A stretch of 64,000 nt of DNA, from contig OY760505.1 of NCBI GenBank assembly GCA_963663545.1, positions 2,496,001-2,560,000 on the forward strand. Direction: 5' to 3'. Source of the DNA: Candidatus Delongbacteria bacterium. Lineage in GTDB: Bacteria > CAIWAD01. Under the pieces are notes generated by a model. The model saw only the letters and a list, made by a program, of their open reading frames with translations, did not search any database and had not been told where the DNA came from. This document shows, in pieces, positions 51,792 to 60,934 of the stretch (the first letter of the stretch is position 1; each line of letters opens with the position of its first letter). The translations under genes and the position numbers were made by a program.

Positions 51792-52603
51792 CAGATTCCC
51801 ACTCCTGTGTATTGCACAGTACCGCGTTGCCACACCGTTCGTGATACAAATGTCAGCAGCAGAATCCAGCCACAGATGCAAGCGATCGAGAGCAGATACT
51901 GCCCCTGTGTTACACGTCCCATTAGAGTCGCTACGGGAAAGTCGTAGAGCAGCGCTGGGGGTAGCAAGCGCAAGGTGTTCGCCCAGTGCTCGGGGAAAAG
52001 GGACAGCGGTAGCAGTCCTCCTCCCAGCAGGCCGGAAGCGAAGCGCGCCAGCAGCACCAGGCTCCAGACGTTGTCGGCCCAGAAAGCCACCAACTGCAGA
52101 GGCAGGTAGAGCAGAAAGGCTAGCAGGCTGCCCAGCAGGACAACGGGCAGGGCGCGTATCACATTCATCGCACTGACAACCGCCAGTTCTTCATGGGGAA
52201 AGAAGTACCAGAGCACCAGTGCCGAAAGAGCGATCTGCAAGACTACATCAACAATACCGCCCATCTGCTGGGCGTATTTTACAGGCAGGTAGCTGAGTGG
52301 ATAAACGAGATAGCGGCTCAGACTTCCGTTGTAGATCTCTTCGGCCAGATCCATGTCGCCGATGCGCAGCTGCGTGAGACGCATGGTCAGCATCATCAGC
52401 ACGTAGTACAGCATCATTCCTGCAAGCGTGTATCCGCCGTAGCTTTCCTGCCCGGTGCTGGCAAAAATGGAGCTCCACAGGTACCAGACCAGCCCCAGGC
52501 CGATCAGCGTGTTGACTACGGTCTTGACCCAGAAGTCCAGGCGGTAGCTCATGCTCTTGCGCGCTTGCAGTGAAAAGAAATGGAACAGCATGGTTGGCCT
52601 CAT
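51791..52603 (-). CDS. ABC-2 type permease (DUF990 family)
   Basis: YRLDF, GGYT, I.NG.LS.YL.YP, G.LLPL..FP. Confidence 0.9.
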   Translation of the reverse strand: MRPTMLFHFFSLQARKSMSYRLDFWVKTVVNTLIGLGLVWYLWSSIFASTGQESYGGYTLAGMMLYYVLMMLTMRLTQLRIGDMDLAEEIYNGSLSRYLVYPLSYLPVKYAQQMGGIVDVVLQIALSALVLWYFFPHEELAVVSAMNVIRALPVVLLGSLLAFLLYLPLQLVAFWADNVWSLVLLARFASGLLGGGLLPLSLFPEHWANTLRLLPPALLYDFPVATLMGRVTQGQYLLSIACICGWILLLTFVSRTVWQRGTVQYTGVGI

Positions 52604-53604
52604 GTCTGCTCCCCGCTGTTTGTATCACGGCGTACGCGAATCAGCTTTTCGATGACGCTGCCGATATCCGGCTCCTCAATGCTCAAATCGTGAACGGGTA
52701 GGCGGCGTACCAACTCACCGGTTACCTGGAGCACATCGTCACGCGCGATTTCGAAGCTGATCTGGTGCTTTTCGGTTTCCGTGATACGTAGCGGCAAATC
52801 GTCCAGAGCCTCTGCCGAGTGCTGAGTGTCCGGTCGAAGGTGCACGCGCACGACCTTGTGTGGCGAGTATTTGCGTACTACATCATTCAAGGGACCATCG
52901 TAGACCAGTTCACCCTCGCGGATAATGAGGATGCGCTTGCAAAGGCGTTCAATGTCTTCCATGTAATGGCTGGTCAGCAACATGGCAGGACGGTGCTCCC
53001 TGCGATACTCCAGAATGAAAGAGCGAATGGCCTGCTGCGTCGTCAGGTCCAGGCCAATGGTGGGCTCGTCCAGGTAGACCACGCGGGGCTGGTGCAGCAG
53101 CGCGGCGATCAATTCCATCTTCATGCGCTCGCCCAGCGAGAGGCGGCGGATCTGCACACGCAGTTGGTCTTCCACTCCCAGCATGCCTGTCAGCAGCTTC
53201 AGGTTGTGATCGAACTCCTGGCGGGGCAGACGGTAGATTTCGCGCAGCAGCAGAAAACAGTCGGCGGCGGGTAGATCCCACCAGAGGGACGCCTTCTGGC
53301 CCATGATCAGCGCTATGCGCCGCCGCAGCTCGTTGTTGCGTTCCCAGGGCCGGTAGCCCAGCACGCGCGCTTCGCCCGAGGTAGGATGGATGATCCCCGC
53401 GAGCATCTTCACCAACGTGGTCTTGCCCGCGCCGTTGGCTCCCACCAGTCCGACAATCTCGCCCTCGCCCACGTCCAGTGATACTTCGCGGACGGCGTGC
53501 CGTGTTACATACTTGCGACGCAGTAGCGAGTGCAAGGAACCGCGCAGTCCCGGTTCCTTGATATGGATGCGGAATTCCTTGCTGAGATTCCGGACTTCGA
53601 TCAT
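52600..53604 (-). CDS. ABC transporter ATP-binding protein
   Basis: GANGAGKTT, LSLGERMK, LDEPTIGLD, TSHYM; ATG 53604 after GGAGGTG. Confidence 0.95.
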   Translation of the reverse strand: MIEVRNLSKEFRIHIKEPGLRGSLHSLLRRKYVTRHAVREVSLDVGEGEIVGLVGANGAGKTTLVKMLAGIIHPTSGEARVLGYRPWERNNELRRRIALIMGQKASLWWDLPAADCFLLLREIYRLPRQEFDHNLKLLTGMLGVEDQLRVQIRRLSLGERMKMELIAALLHQPRVVYLDEPTIGLDLTTQQAIRSFILEYRREHRPAMLLTSHYMEDIERLCKRILIIREGELVYDGPLNDVVRKYSPHKVVRVHLRPDTQHSAEALDDLPLRITETEKHQISFEIARDDVLQVTGELVRRLPVHDLSIEEPDIGSVIEKLIRVRRDTNSGEQT

Positions 53605-53769
53605 GAGCACCTCCACCCACAAGATAGCACCGCGCAGCCGCAGCCGGCTTGGTGTGATACGATGGATCCTTTCCTTGCTGCATCTTCGAGGGCAATTGCA
53701 CATTTTTCTGCAAAGCGAGTGACCAAACTCCTTCCAGGTGTCTCCCAGCATCAGAATTGAGGTAAAGCG

Positions 53770-54402
53770 ATGCTGCAGAAAATGGACATCACGGTCACGG
53801 ACCAGTTCTGGAATCAGCTGCACCCACATTACGGGCGGTTAAAGGCCTTCGCCCGCAGCCTGCTCCCTGAGGCCTGGGAGGACGTGCTGCAGGAGGCGCT
53901 GCTTTCAGCACTGGGGGCCTACGACGGCTTGCGCGACCCCGTCGCCTTTCGGTCGTGGATCTACACCATTGTGGCCAATGAAGCTCATCGGCAGCGACGC
54001 AGAGCCTTTTGGCGGCGTTTTCATCCCCTCGCTCCGGACCCGGATCCGGAGTCGGGTCATCCGCAGGAGAGTCAGGCTATCCGTAATTCCGATGGCCGGG
54101 ATCCCCACGAGGCGGCCTTGACCCGGCTGCACCTGCGGGCCGCGTTGTCCCGGCTGGATTTTACCACGCGCAGCACACTGCTGCTGTATTACGTGGCAGG
54201 CTTCAGCATTCGCGAAATCGCCCAGGCACGGGACGAGGGAGAAAGCGCTGTTAAAATGCGTCTGAGTCGTGCGCGCAAGCGACTGTGTCACCTGCTGGAA
54301 GGGGGACTGCCGCTGGCCGCCATTGCAAAAGTGGATTCGGGAGGGCTCGAAGATGACTACGAAGAATACCTCGCGGGCAAACAGGCCGGAAGCCTCCGCT
54401 GA
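53770..54402 (+). CDS. ECF RNA polymerase sigma factor
   Basis: Region 2 EDVLQE...FRSWIYTIVAN; region 4 GFSIREIA...VKMRLSRAR. Confidence 0.92.
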   Translation: MLQKMDITVTDQFWNQLHPHYGRLKAFARSLLPEAWEDVLQEALLSALGAYDGLRDPVAFRSWIYTIVANEAHRQRRRAFWRRFHPLAPDPDPESGHPQESQAIRNSDGRDPHEAALTRLHLRAALSRLDFTTRSTLLLYYVAGFSIREIAQARDEGESAVKMRLSRARKRLCHLLEGGLPLAAIAKVDSGGLEDDYEEYLAGKQAGSLR

Positions 54403-55342
54403 AGGACGCGACCCCTTGCAGCCGCTGTTCGAGGAACTGGTGGAGCCGACCGCACGGCAGGAGTTCGATTCGTTGCGCGGCAGGCTGACCCATCTGCATC
54501 ACCTTCGCGGGAGCCTGAGCGGATCACGGGAGACGACCGCTAAACAAGGAGCGAACGCAATGAAGAGCCAATGGCGCAAGGCCTTGACCTGGACGGCGGC
54601 AGCTTGTCTGTTGCTGGTGATTGTGGCCTGTACGGTTCCCATGGAGTACGAACGTGAGACGGGGCTCGAGTTGGCCATGACCGTCAGTGGCAATGTGCAT
54701 GAGCTGGTGCAGGAAATGCGTGCCCAGGGTTGGGGCGTGGATCACATCCAGGTCACTCCGCTGGATGAGAATCTGCAGAGCCTGGAGGTGACGCTGCTGG
54801 GCGCCCGCGAGTCCGATCTGAGCACCATTCGCACCATGCCCGGTGTGGTCAGCATGAACGCGCAGGCCCTGACGGAAACGGCCGAGGGCACCTTCTACGA
54901 TATGGTGATGCACGAGGTCTTCCATATCAGCATCGACATTACTGGCATGAGCAACGAAGAGATTGCAGCCGAAGTAACACGCCAACTCGAGGCCTCGGGC
55001 CTGGAGGGGCAAGTTACAGTTGAAGCCACTGGGGACGGGCTTTACAACTTCGAGTTCAATTTTGAAGACGACGACAGCCTGCCGGAAGGCACGACGCGAG
55101 AGTTCCGCATTGAGCTGCAAAATGGCGAGGCTTCGGAAGGCGGCCTGGCGGGAATCGGCGACCTGGAGCTAGATCGGGAAATGATGGATAACATGACGCC
55201 CGAGCAGATCGACCAGTTCATCCGGGAGCAGCTGGCTGCGCAGGGAATCGACGTTGACGATGTGGCTGTTGAAGTGATGGCGGACAGCACCAACACCAAT
55301 GGCCAGGTACGCCAGCTTCGCGAGATCCGCCTGACGCAATAG
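54353..55342 (+). CDS. Putative anti-sigma factor / lipoprotein (alternative start at 54560)
   Basis: Overlaps the sigma gene; one hydrophobic segment ending in a lipobox-like IVAC; acidic extracytoplasmic domain. Confidence 0.65.
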   Translation: MTTKNTSRANRPEASAEGRDPLQPLFEELVEPTARQEFDSLRGRLTHLHHLRGSLSGSRETTAKQGANAMKSQWRKALTWTAAACLLLVIVACTVPMEYERETGLELAMTVSGNVHELVQEMRAQGWGVDHIQVTPLDENLQSLEVTLLGARESDLSTIRTMPGVVSMNAQALTETAEGTFYDMVMHEVFHISIDITGMSNEEIAAEVTRQLEASGLEGQVTVEATGDGLYNFEFNFEDDDSLPEGTTREFRIELQNGEASEGGLAGIGDLELDREMMDNMTPEQIDQFIREQLAAQGIDVDDVAVEVMADSTNTNGQVRQLREIRLTQ

Positions 55343-55383
55343 TAGAAATCCGCAAGGATTCACCTACACGCTGAATGTCAGAG

Positions 55384-55410
55384 AAACCCGCTGTCCAAGC
55401 GGGTTTTTCT
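55384..55410 (+). terminator. Intrinsic terminator
   Basis: AAACCCGCT-gtcca-AGCGGGTTT followed by TTCT. Confidence 0.8.
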
Positions 55411-55468
55411 GTTATCTTTCGCTACAAATGCAGAGAGTAGAGGTGACACATAGGATCACGGATTTCGC

Positions 55469-57391
55469 ATGAGCACAGATGACCGGAAGATAAGTGCATT
55501 GGACCCCGCCTTGTTCAGCACGCTGTTTGATGCCACGCAGGAAGCCGTGCTGCTTCTTGTCGAGGGGCGCATAATCGATTGCAATCCGGCGGCGTGTCGC
55601 TTCTACGATCTGCCGCACATTCGACTATTGGGGTTGAGCCTAGAACAACTTGCACCCGAAAGGCAACCCAACGGACGTACGTCGGCAGAGTTGCTGCAGG
55701 AGGCGCAGGCGCGAGCTTCGCAGACACAGCCAGCATGCGTTGACTGGCAGGCCCTCCGCGGAGGCCGTATCCTTGACTGCCAGCTTCTATTGAGTGCTGT
55801 TCCAGGGCGGCGTGGGCCGCTTCTGTTGGCGCGGCTGCGTGACCAGAGCCGCCAGCGTGCTGAAGAGCGGCATCGACTTCGTGCTGACAGCCTGAACTCG
55901 AACATTGTGCGCACAGCGCCTGTGGGTATTCTTGTGCTGGATGCGAACGCAAGAGTAGAGTTGATAAATCCTGCCATGCGCCGCATGCTGGGGCTCCACG
56001 AGGACCTTGGACAGCCCGGTAGCGCCATCGAAGAGATTCCGGTTCTGCTGGAGCAGGTTGGGCGCCCCTTGCTGGAACAAGTGCTGGAGGGTGATACACC
56101 GCAGCGTATGGAGCTGAGGGTGTCAACACCGGGCTGCGATCCATGTTGGCTGGATCTGTTTCTGCAGCAGCATTTGGACGAAGACAGGCAGGCGCTTGGT
56201 GTCGTTGTAATTGCCCACGACGTATCACTCACGCGTCGGCTCGAGGACCAATTGCGCCAGAGTCAGAAGATGCAGGCCATTGGCACACTGGCCGGAGGCA
56301 TTGCGCACGACTTCAACAATCTGCTAACGGGAATCTCGGGCAACGTGGATCTGGCACTGATGCCTGGACGCAGCACTACAGAAATTCTGGAGCAGCTCAA
56401 GGAAATCCGGCAGATTTCCGGACGCGCGGCTGATCTGACAAGGCGTCTGCTGATCTTCAGCCGTCGGCAGATTGCCGATCCTGTTGTGTTGCGCATGGAT
56501 CTGGTGCTCTATGATCTGGAGAAGATGCTGCGCCGTTTGATAGGCGAAAACATCGAGATGTTGATTCCACCCGCAGAGAGCTTGTGGACGATTCGAGCGG
56601 ACCAGGCGCAGATGGAGCAAGTCATCCTCAATCTGGTAGTGAATGCGCGCGACGCCATGCCCGGTGGCGGACAGTTGAGCATCGGATTGAGGAATGTGAT
56701 ACAGCAGACTCAACTTCGTAGCGAGCTGGGTGATTTGCCTGCAGGTGAGTACGTGGAATTGGAAGTCTGTGACACAGGCTGTGGTATCGACACACAGAGT
56801 CTGCATCGCATTTTCGAGCCCTTCTATACCACAAAGGCTGAGGGACAAGGTACAGGCCTTGGGCTTGCGATGGTCTACAGCATTGTCAGCCAGCATCATG
56901 GGCTGATTCAGGTCGATAGTGCCACGGGCAAAGGCAGTCGCTTTCGCGTGTTGATACCGCGAATTCGCGCAACCGCCAAGCAGCAGAAGGATGGTGATAC
57001 CAGCAGGGTTCCCCACGGTAGTGAAACTGTGCTTCTGGTTGAGGATGAGTTGGCCGTCCGTGAACTGACCCGTCGCATTCTACGCCAGTTGGGGTATGAG
57101 GTGCTTGCCGCGCGAGATGGTGCCGATGCGCTGTCGCTATTGGAGCACTGCGATCATAGGCCGGATCTGCTCATTACCGACGTTGTCATGCCACAGCTTT
57201 CCGGCCCCGAGTTGGTCGCGAATCTACGCGCCCGCTGGCCACAGCTTCGCGTGTTGTACATTTCAGGCTATAGTGCAGAAGAACTGCGCCGGCTGCGTCT
57301 CTTGGAGGACACGGCGGCCGACTACCTGCTACGAAAGCCTTTCAGCATGTTTGCGTTGGCCGGAAAGGTCCGCGATCTCCTGGAGGGATGA
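55469..57391 (+). CDS. Cytoplasmic hybrid histidine kinase (PAS-PAS-HisKA-HATPase-REC)
   Basis: LAGGIAHDFNNLL, NLVVNARDAM, FEPFYTTK..G.GTGLGL, receiver LLVED...DVVMP...KPF. Confidence 0.95.
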   Translation: MSTDDRKISALDPALFSTLFDATQEAVLLLVEGRIIDCNPAACRFYDLPHIRLLGLSLEQLAPERQPNGRTSAELLQEAQARASQTQPACVDWQALRGGRILDCQLLLSAVPGRRGPLLLARLRDQSRQRAEERHRLRADSLNSNIVRTAPVGILVLDANARVELINPAMRRMLGLHEDLGQPGSAIEEIPVLLEQVGRPLLEQVLEGDTPQRMELRVSTPGCDPCWLDLFLQQHLDEDRQALGVVVIAHDVSLTRRLEDQLRQSQKMQAIGTLAGGIAHDFNNLLTGISGNVDLALMPGRSTTEILEQLKEIRQISGRAADLTRRLLIFSRRQIADPVVLRMDLVLYDLEKMLRRLIGENIEMLIPPAESLWTIRADQAQMEQVILNLVVNARDAMPGGGQLSIGLRNVIQQTQLRSELGDLPAGEYVELEVCDTGCGIDTQSLHRIFEPFYTTKAEGQGTGLGLAMVYSIVSQHHGLIQVDSATGKGSRFRVLIPRIRATAKQQKDGDTSRVPHGSETVLLVEDELAVRELTRRILRQLGYEVLAARDGADALSLLEHCDHRPDLLITDVVMPQLSGPELVANLRARWPQLRVLYISGYSAEELRRLRLLEDTAADYLLRKPFSMFALAGKVRDLLEG

Positions 57392-57406
57392 ACCGGCCGG
57401 AGTACC

Positions 57407-58090
57407 ATGACGAAGAATTCCAAACGGGCCTCTGCAGCCAATGCGCGAGCGGCCAGGGCGATGGAAGTCGCCCGTCGCTTGCATCAGGCTTACCCGCAGG
57501 CTGTCTGTTCCCTTGAACATCGTGATCCATGGCAATTGCTGGCGGCGACCATCCTTTCGGCACAGTGCACCGATGCTCGTGTCAATCAGGTGACGCCCGT
57601 CCTTTTTGAACGCTATCCCGACGTGGCCGCCATGGCAAGTGCGCAGAGTGATGATGTGTCACAGATCATTCACAGCTGCGGGTATCACAACCAGAAGACG
57701 CGCAGTTTGCTGGGAGCTGCGCAGGCTATCGTGAAAGAGCACGGTGGTCAGGTGCCAAGTACACTAGCAGAGCTGGTTAACTTGCCGGGTGTAGGACGCA
57801 AGACGGCGAACTGCGTGCTGGGCACGTGTTACAATGTGCCTGCAATGGTCATTGATACACATATGATTCGCATCATGAATCTGCTGGGATTGGTGGACAA
57901 CAAGGATCCGGTACGCATCGAGCACGAATTGATGGAACTGCTGCCGCCTGAGGAATGGGTGGCGCTGACGCACCGTGTCATCGAGCATGGACGCGCCGTC
58001 TGCATAGCACGACGACCGCAATGCGAGCAATGTGTGCTGGCTGAGTTGTGTCCTTCGGCACACCTGCCAGCCAGAAAGGATGAAAAATGA
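57407..58090 (+). CDS. nth: Endonuclease III
   Basis: ILSAQCTD, Hh[15 protein letters not shown]-x6-C-x2-C-x5-C Fe-S motif. Confidence 0.96.
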   Translation: MTKNSKRASAANARAARAMEVARRLHQAYPQAVCSLEHRDPWQLLAATILSAQCTDARVNQVTPVLFERYPDVAAMASAQSDDVSQIIHSCGYHNQKTRSLLGAAQAIVKEHGGQVPSTLAELVNLPGVGRKTANCVLGTCYNVPAMVIDTHMIRIMNLLGLVDNKDPVRIEHELMELLPPEEWVALTHRVIEHGRAVCIARRPQCEQCVLAELCPSAHLPARKDEK

Positions 58091-58659
58091 GTCTGGATTA
58101 CCAGGGCTTGGAGGCCGTGACACACAGGCTGCTGGAGCTCGTCGGGGAAGACCCTGAGCGCGAAGGCTTGCTGCGAACTCCACATCGAGTAGCACGATCC
58201 TGGGAGTACTTAACCCAAGGGTATCGTATGAAAATGGAAGACGTGGTTAACAACGCTCTCTTTCACGAGGACTGCAACGAGATGGTTGTAGTACGCGATA
58301 TCGAGTTCTTCAGCCTCTGCGAGCATCACATGCTGCCCTTCTTCGGGCGCGCCCATGTCGGCTATATTCCGCATGGCAAAGTGATCGGTCTTTCCAAGAT
58401 TCCACGTCTGATCGACATGTTTGCACGCCGCCTGCAATTACAGGAACGTCTCACACACCAGGTAGCAAACGCTCTTTGGGAAGTGCTGGAACCCGCTGGT
58501 GTGGCCGTGGTAATGGAAGGCCGTCACATGTGCATGCAGATGCGCGGTGTGGAGAAGCAGAATTCCTTTGCCTCCACAAGTGCCCTACTCGGCGAATTCC
58601 ACGACGATGTGGAGACCCGCGCTGAGTTCCTGAGCATCATTGGAATGAAGAATATCTAG
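58087..58659 (+). CDS. folE: GTP cyclohydrolase I
   Basis: REGL..TP.RV, SLCEHH.LPF, GLSK..R, LQERLT, H.CM.MRG. Confidence 0.98.
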   Translation: MSLDYQGLEAVTHRLLELVGEDPEREGLLRTPHRVARSWEYLTQGYRMKMEDVVNNALFHEDCNEMVVVRDIEFFSLCEHHMLPFFGRAHVGYIPHGKVIGLSKIPRLIDMFARRLQLQERLTHQVANALWEVLEPAGVAVVMEGRHMCMQMRGVEKQNSFASTSALLGEFHDDVETRAEFLSIIGMKNI

Positions 58660-58666
58660 GTTCGCC

Positions 58667-60211
58667 ATGTGTGACATGCGCCAATTGCCCGGTGAGGGCC
58701 TGTGTGCTGCAGCGGAGTCGAGAGGTTTCGGGCTTGATCCGCGAGATCTGCTCACTTTGGTTCGTCAGGCCTTTCACGATATCAGCTTTCTGCTTACCCC
58801 TAACCAGCTCGCGCTACTGCAGAAAATTCTACAGGACACGCAAGCCAGCGATGGCGATCGACTGGTGGCCAGCAGTCTGCTGCGCAACGCGGTCATCAGC
58901 GCAGAGGGGCTGTTGCCCATGTGCCAGGATACCGGGACGGCACAAGTGCTCATCCATTGGGGGCAGTGTGTCACGTGCGATGAAGATCCAAGGGCGATTG
59001 TATCACAGGCGATTGCCGAGGTGTGGCGCGAGAACAATCTGCGCTACTCACAAATGACGGCGACAGATACTTTCCATGAGTGTAACACGGGCAGTAACCT
59101 TCCTGCACAGATCGAGATCGAGCTCGTTCCGGGTGATACACTTGAGTTTTTGTTTGCAGCCAAAGGCGGTGGCAGTGCCAACAAGACAAAGCTCTACCAA
59201 GAGACCCGTGCGCTGCTTGAGCCTGACGCTTTGCTCGCCTGGATGATCGAACGCGCCTACGAGGTAGGCACCAGTGCTTGTCCGCCGTATCATCTGGTAT
59301 TTGTTGTGGGTGGGCAGAGTGCCGACCAGACCCTGCGCGTTGTGCGACTGGGTGCGTGCGGCTTCTATGATGATTTACCGGACCACGGCGATGGAAGCGG
59401 AGCTCCCTTTCGTGACACAGATCTTGAGAGTCAGGTGTTGGAGGCAACGCGCAGCTTTCATTGGGGTGCCCAGTTTGGCGGGCGCTACTTCTGTCACGAT
59501 GTGCGTGTGATACGTTTACCGCGCCATAGTGCGAGTCTGCCGATTGGCATCGGTGTCTCCTGTTCGGCGGATCGCCACGCTCACGGATGTATCGACCACC
59601 GTGGAGTCTGGCTGCAGCAGTTGGAATCCGCCCCGGCGCGCTATCTGGACCAGCTGCCCGAGTTTGCTGCTGTATCTGTGGACCTGGATCAGCCAATGAC
59701 GGAGTTGCGCGCTGAGCTGTCAAAGCATCGTCATGGCACCTTGCTACAGCTTAGCGGCTGTCTCGTGCTGGCGCGGGATCTGGTGCACGCCGAGCTGTTG
59801 CGTAACCTGCAAGCAGGAGAGACGCTACCCCCTTGGTTCTGTGAGCATCCCGTACTCTACGCTGGCCCTGCGCGAACGCCCGATGGGTTGGCCAGTGGAA
59901 GCCTGGGGCCCACGACGAGTCGACGTATGGACGGCTATGTGAGGCGCTTTCAACAGAATGGCGGCAGTCTTGTGATGCTGGGCAAAGGTGAGCGCGCCCA
60001 GGAGGTCGCTCAATCCTGTGCGGAGTACGGCGGCTTTTATCTGGGCTTGATCGGTGGCGCTGCCGCCTTGGTGGCTCAGGAGAATGTGCTTGAGCGAGAA
60101 TGTCTCGCCTGGCCGGAGTTTGGCATGGAGGCCGCCTGGCGTGTGCGCGTGCAACGGCTGCCAGCGATTCTCATCGTGGACGACAAGGGAAACGATCTCT
60201 ACTGCCGCTGA
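58667..60211 (+). CDS. Class I (Fe-S) fumarate hydratase, fused alpha/beta
   Basis: PMCQDTGT, N.G.NLPAQ, KGGGSANK, GTSACPPYH, RLPRH, YAGPA.TP, GPTT..RMD. Confidence 0.93.
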   Translation: MCDMRQLPGEGLCAAAESRGFGLDPRDLLTLVRQAFHDISFLLTPNQLALLQKILQDTQASDGDRLVASSLLRNAVISAEGLLPMCQDTGTAQVLIHWGQCVTCDEDPRAIVSQAIAEVWRENNLRYSQMTATDTFHECNTGSNLPAQIEIELVPGDTLEFLFAAKGGGSANKTKLYQETRALLEPDALLAWMIERAYEVGTSACPPYHLVFVVGGQSADQTLRVVRLGACGFYDDLPDHGDGSGAPFRDTDLESQVLEATRSFHWGAQFGGRYFCHDVRVIRLPRHSASLPIGIGVSCSADRHAHGCIDHRGVWLQQLESAPARYLDQLPEFAAVSVDLDQPMTELRAELSKHRHGTLLQLSGCLVLARDLVHAELLRNLQAGETLPPWFCEHPVLYAGPARTPDGLASGSLGPTTSRRMDGYVRRFQQNGGSLVMLGKGERAQEVAQSCAEYGGFYLGLIGGAAALVAQENVLERECLAWPEFGMEAAWRVRVQRLPAILIVDDKGNDLYCR

Positions 60212-60251
60212 AGATTCCTGCGAAAATGTCGTCAGCCTTCCAAAATTAGCC

Positions 60252-60280
60252 TTGACAAACAAAAAGCGATCGTGTAAACT
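60252..60280 (+). promoter_or_regulatory. Sigma70-type promoter TTGACA-N17-TAAACT
   Basis: Perfect -35, 17-nt spacer and near-consensus -10, just upstream of ATG 60305. Confidence 0.75.
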
Positions 60281-60304
60281 ATGCCTCATCAACTAGAGGT
60301 ATTC

Positions 60305-60826
60305 ATGATCGCGACCGACATTCCCCGCTACGAGCTTTCCCTGATAGAGCCCATGAAAAAAGAGCTGTTGGATGTGGGCTTCGCCGAGTTGGCAGGCCCA
60401 GACGATGTGGACAGGCTTTTTGCGGAAGAAATAAGCAGTGGCTTGTGCATGGTTGTCATCAACAGCGTTTGCGGTTGTGGTGCGCGCAATGCCCGGCCTG
60501 GCATAGGCCTTGCTTTGCAGAACGAGCAGATTCCCGATCGGCTCTACACGGCTCTCGCCGGTGTAGACAATGCGGCGGTGGAACGCATTCGACACTATCT
60601 GGGCGGCATGCCTGCATCATCGCCTTCATTGGCTTTGTTCCACAAGGGCAATCTGGTTGAGTTTCTGCATCGAGCCGATTTCCTCGATCGCTCTCCCGAT
60701 GAGATTGCCGCGCTGTTGCGAGCGCACTTTAACGAACTGGCTACTCGGCGGGGTCCGTCGGTTGCTCCTGCGGTGTATCACACCATGCGCTTTGGTGCGG
60801 GTTGCATGAGCAGCAAACAGGCCTGA
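60305..60826 (+). CDS. BrxA/BrxB (YphP/YqiW) family bacilliredoxin
   Basis: PM..EL...GF.EL, VINSVCGC, ARPG, AGVD, SSPS.ALF; GAGGT RBS before ATG 60305. Confidence 0.92.
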   Translation: MIATDIPRYELSLIEPMKKELLDVGFAELAGPDDVDRLFAEEISSGLCMVVINSVCGCGARNARPGIGLALQNEQIPDRLYTALAGVDNAAVERIRHYLGGMPASSPSLALFHKGNLVEFLHRADFLDRSPDEIAALLRAHFNELATRRGPSVAPAVYHTMRFGAGCMSSKQA

Positions 60827-60883
60827 TTCGACTCATCTCCGGTCCTGTCTTCCTGTCCAGGACCTTCCCCTCTTCGCGGTAAC

Positions 60884-60913
60884 AGAAAAGGCCGGCATTT
60901 GCCGGCCTTTTCT
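60884..60913. terminator. Bidirectional terminator
   Basis: Perfect AGAAAAGGCCGGCA/TGCCGGCCTTTTCT between convergent genes. Confidence 0.9.
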
Positions 60914-60934
60914 AATGCTATGCAAGGTCGTAGC

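Noticed and set aside
53719..53744. GTGAC-N16-GTCTC as an autoregulatory ECF promoter
   Set aside because: Single instance with a loose match, not distinguishable from chance.
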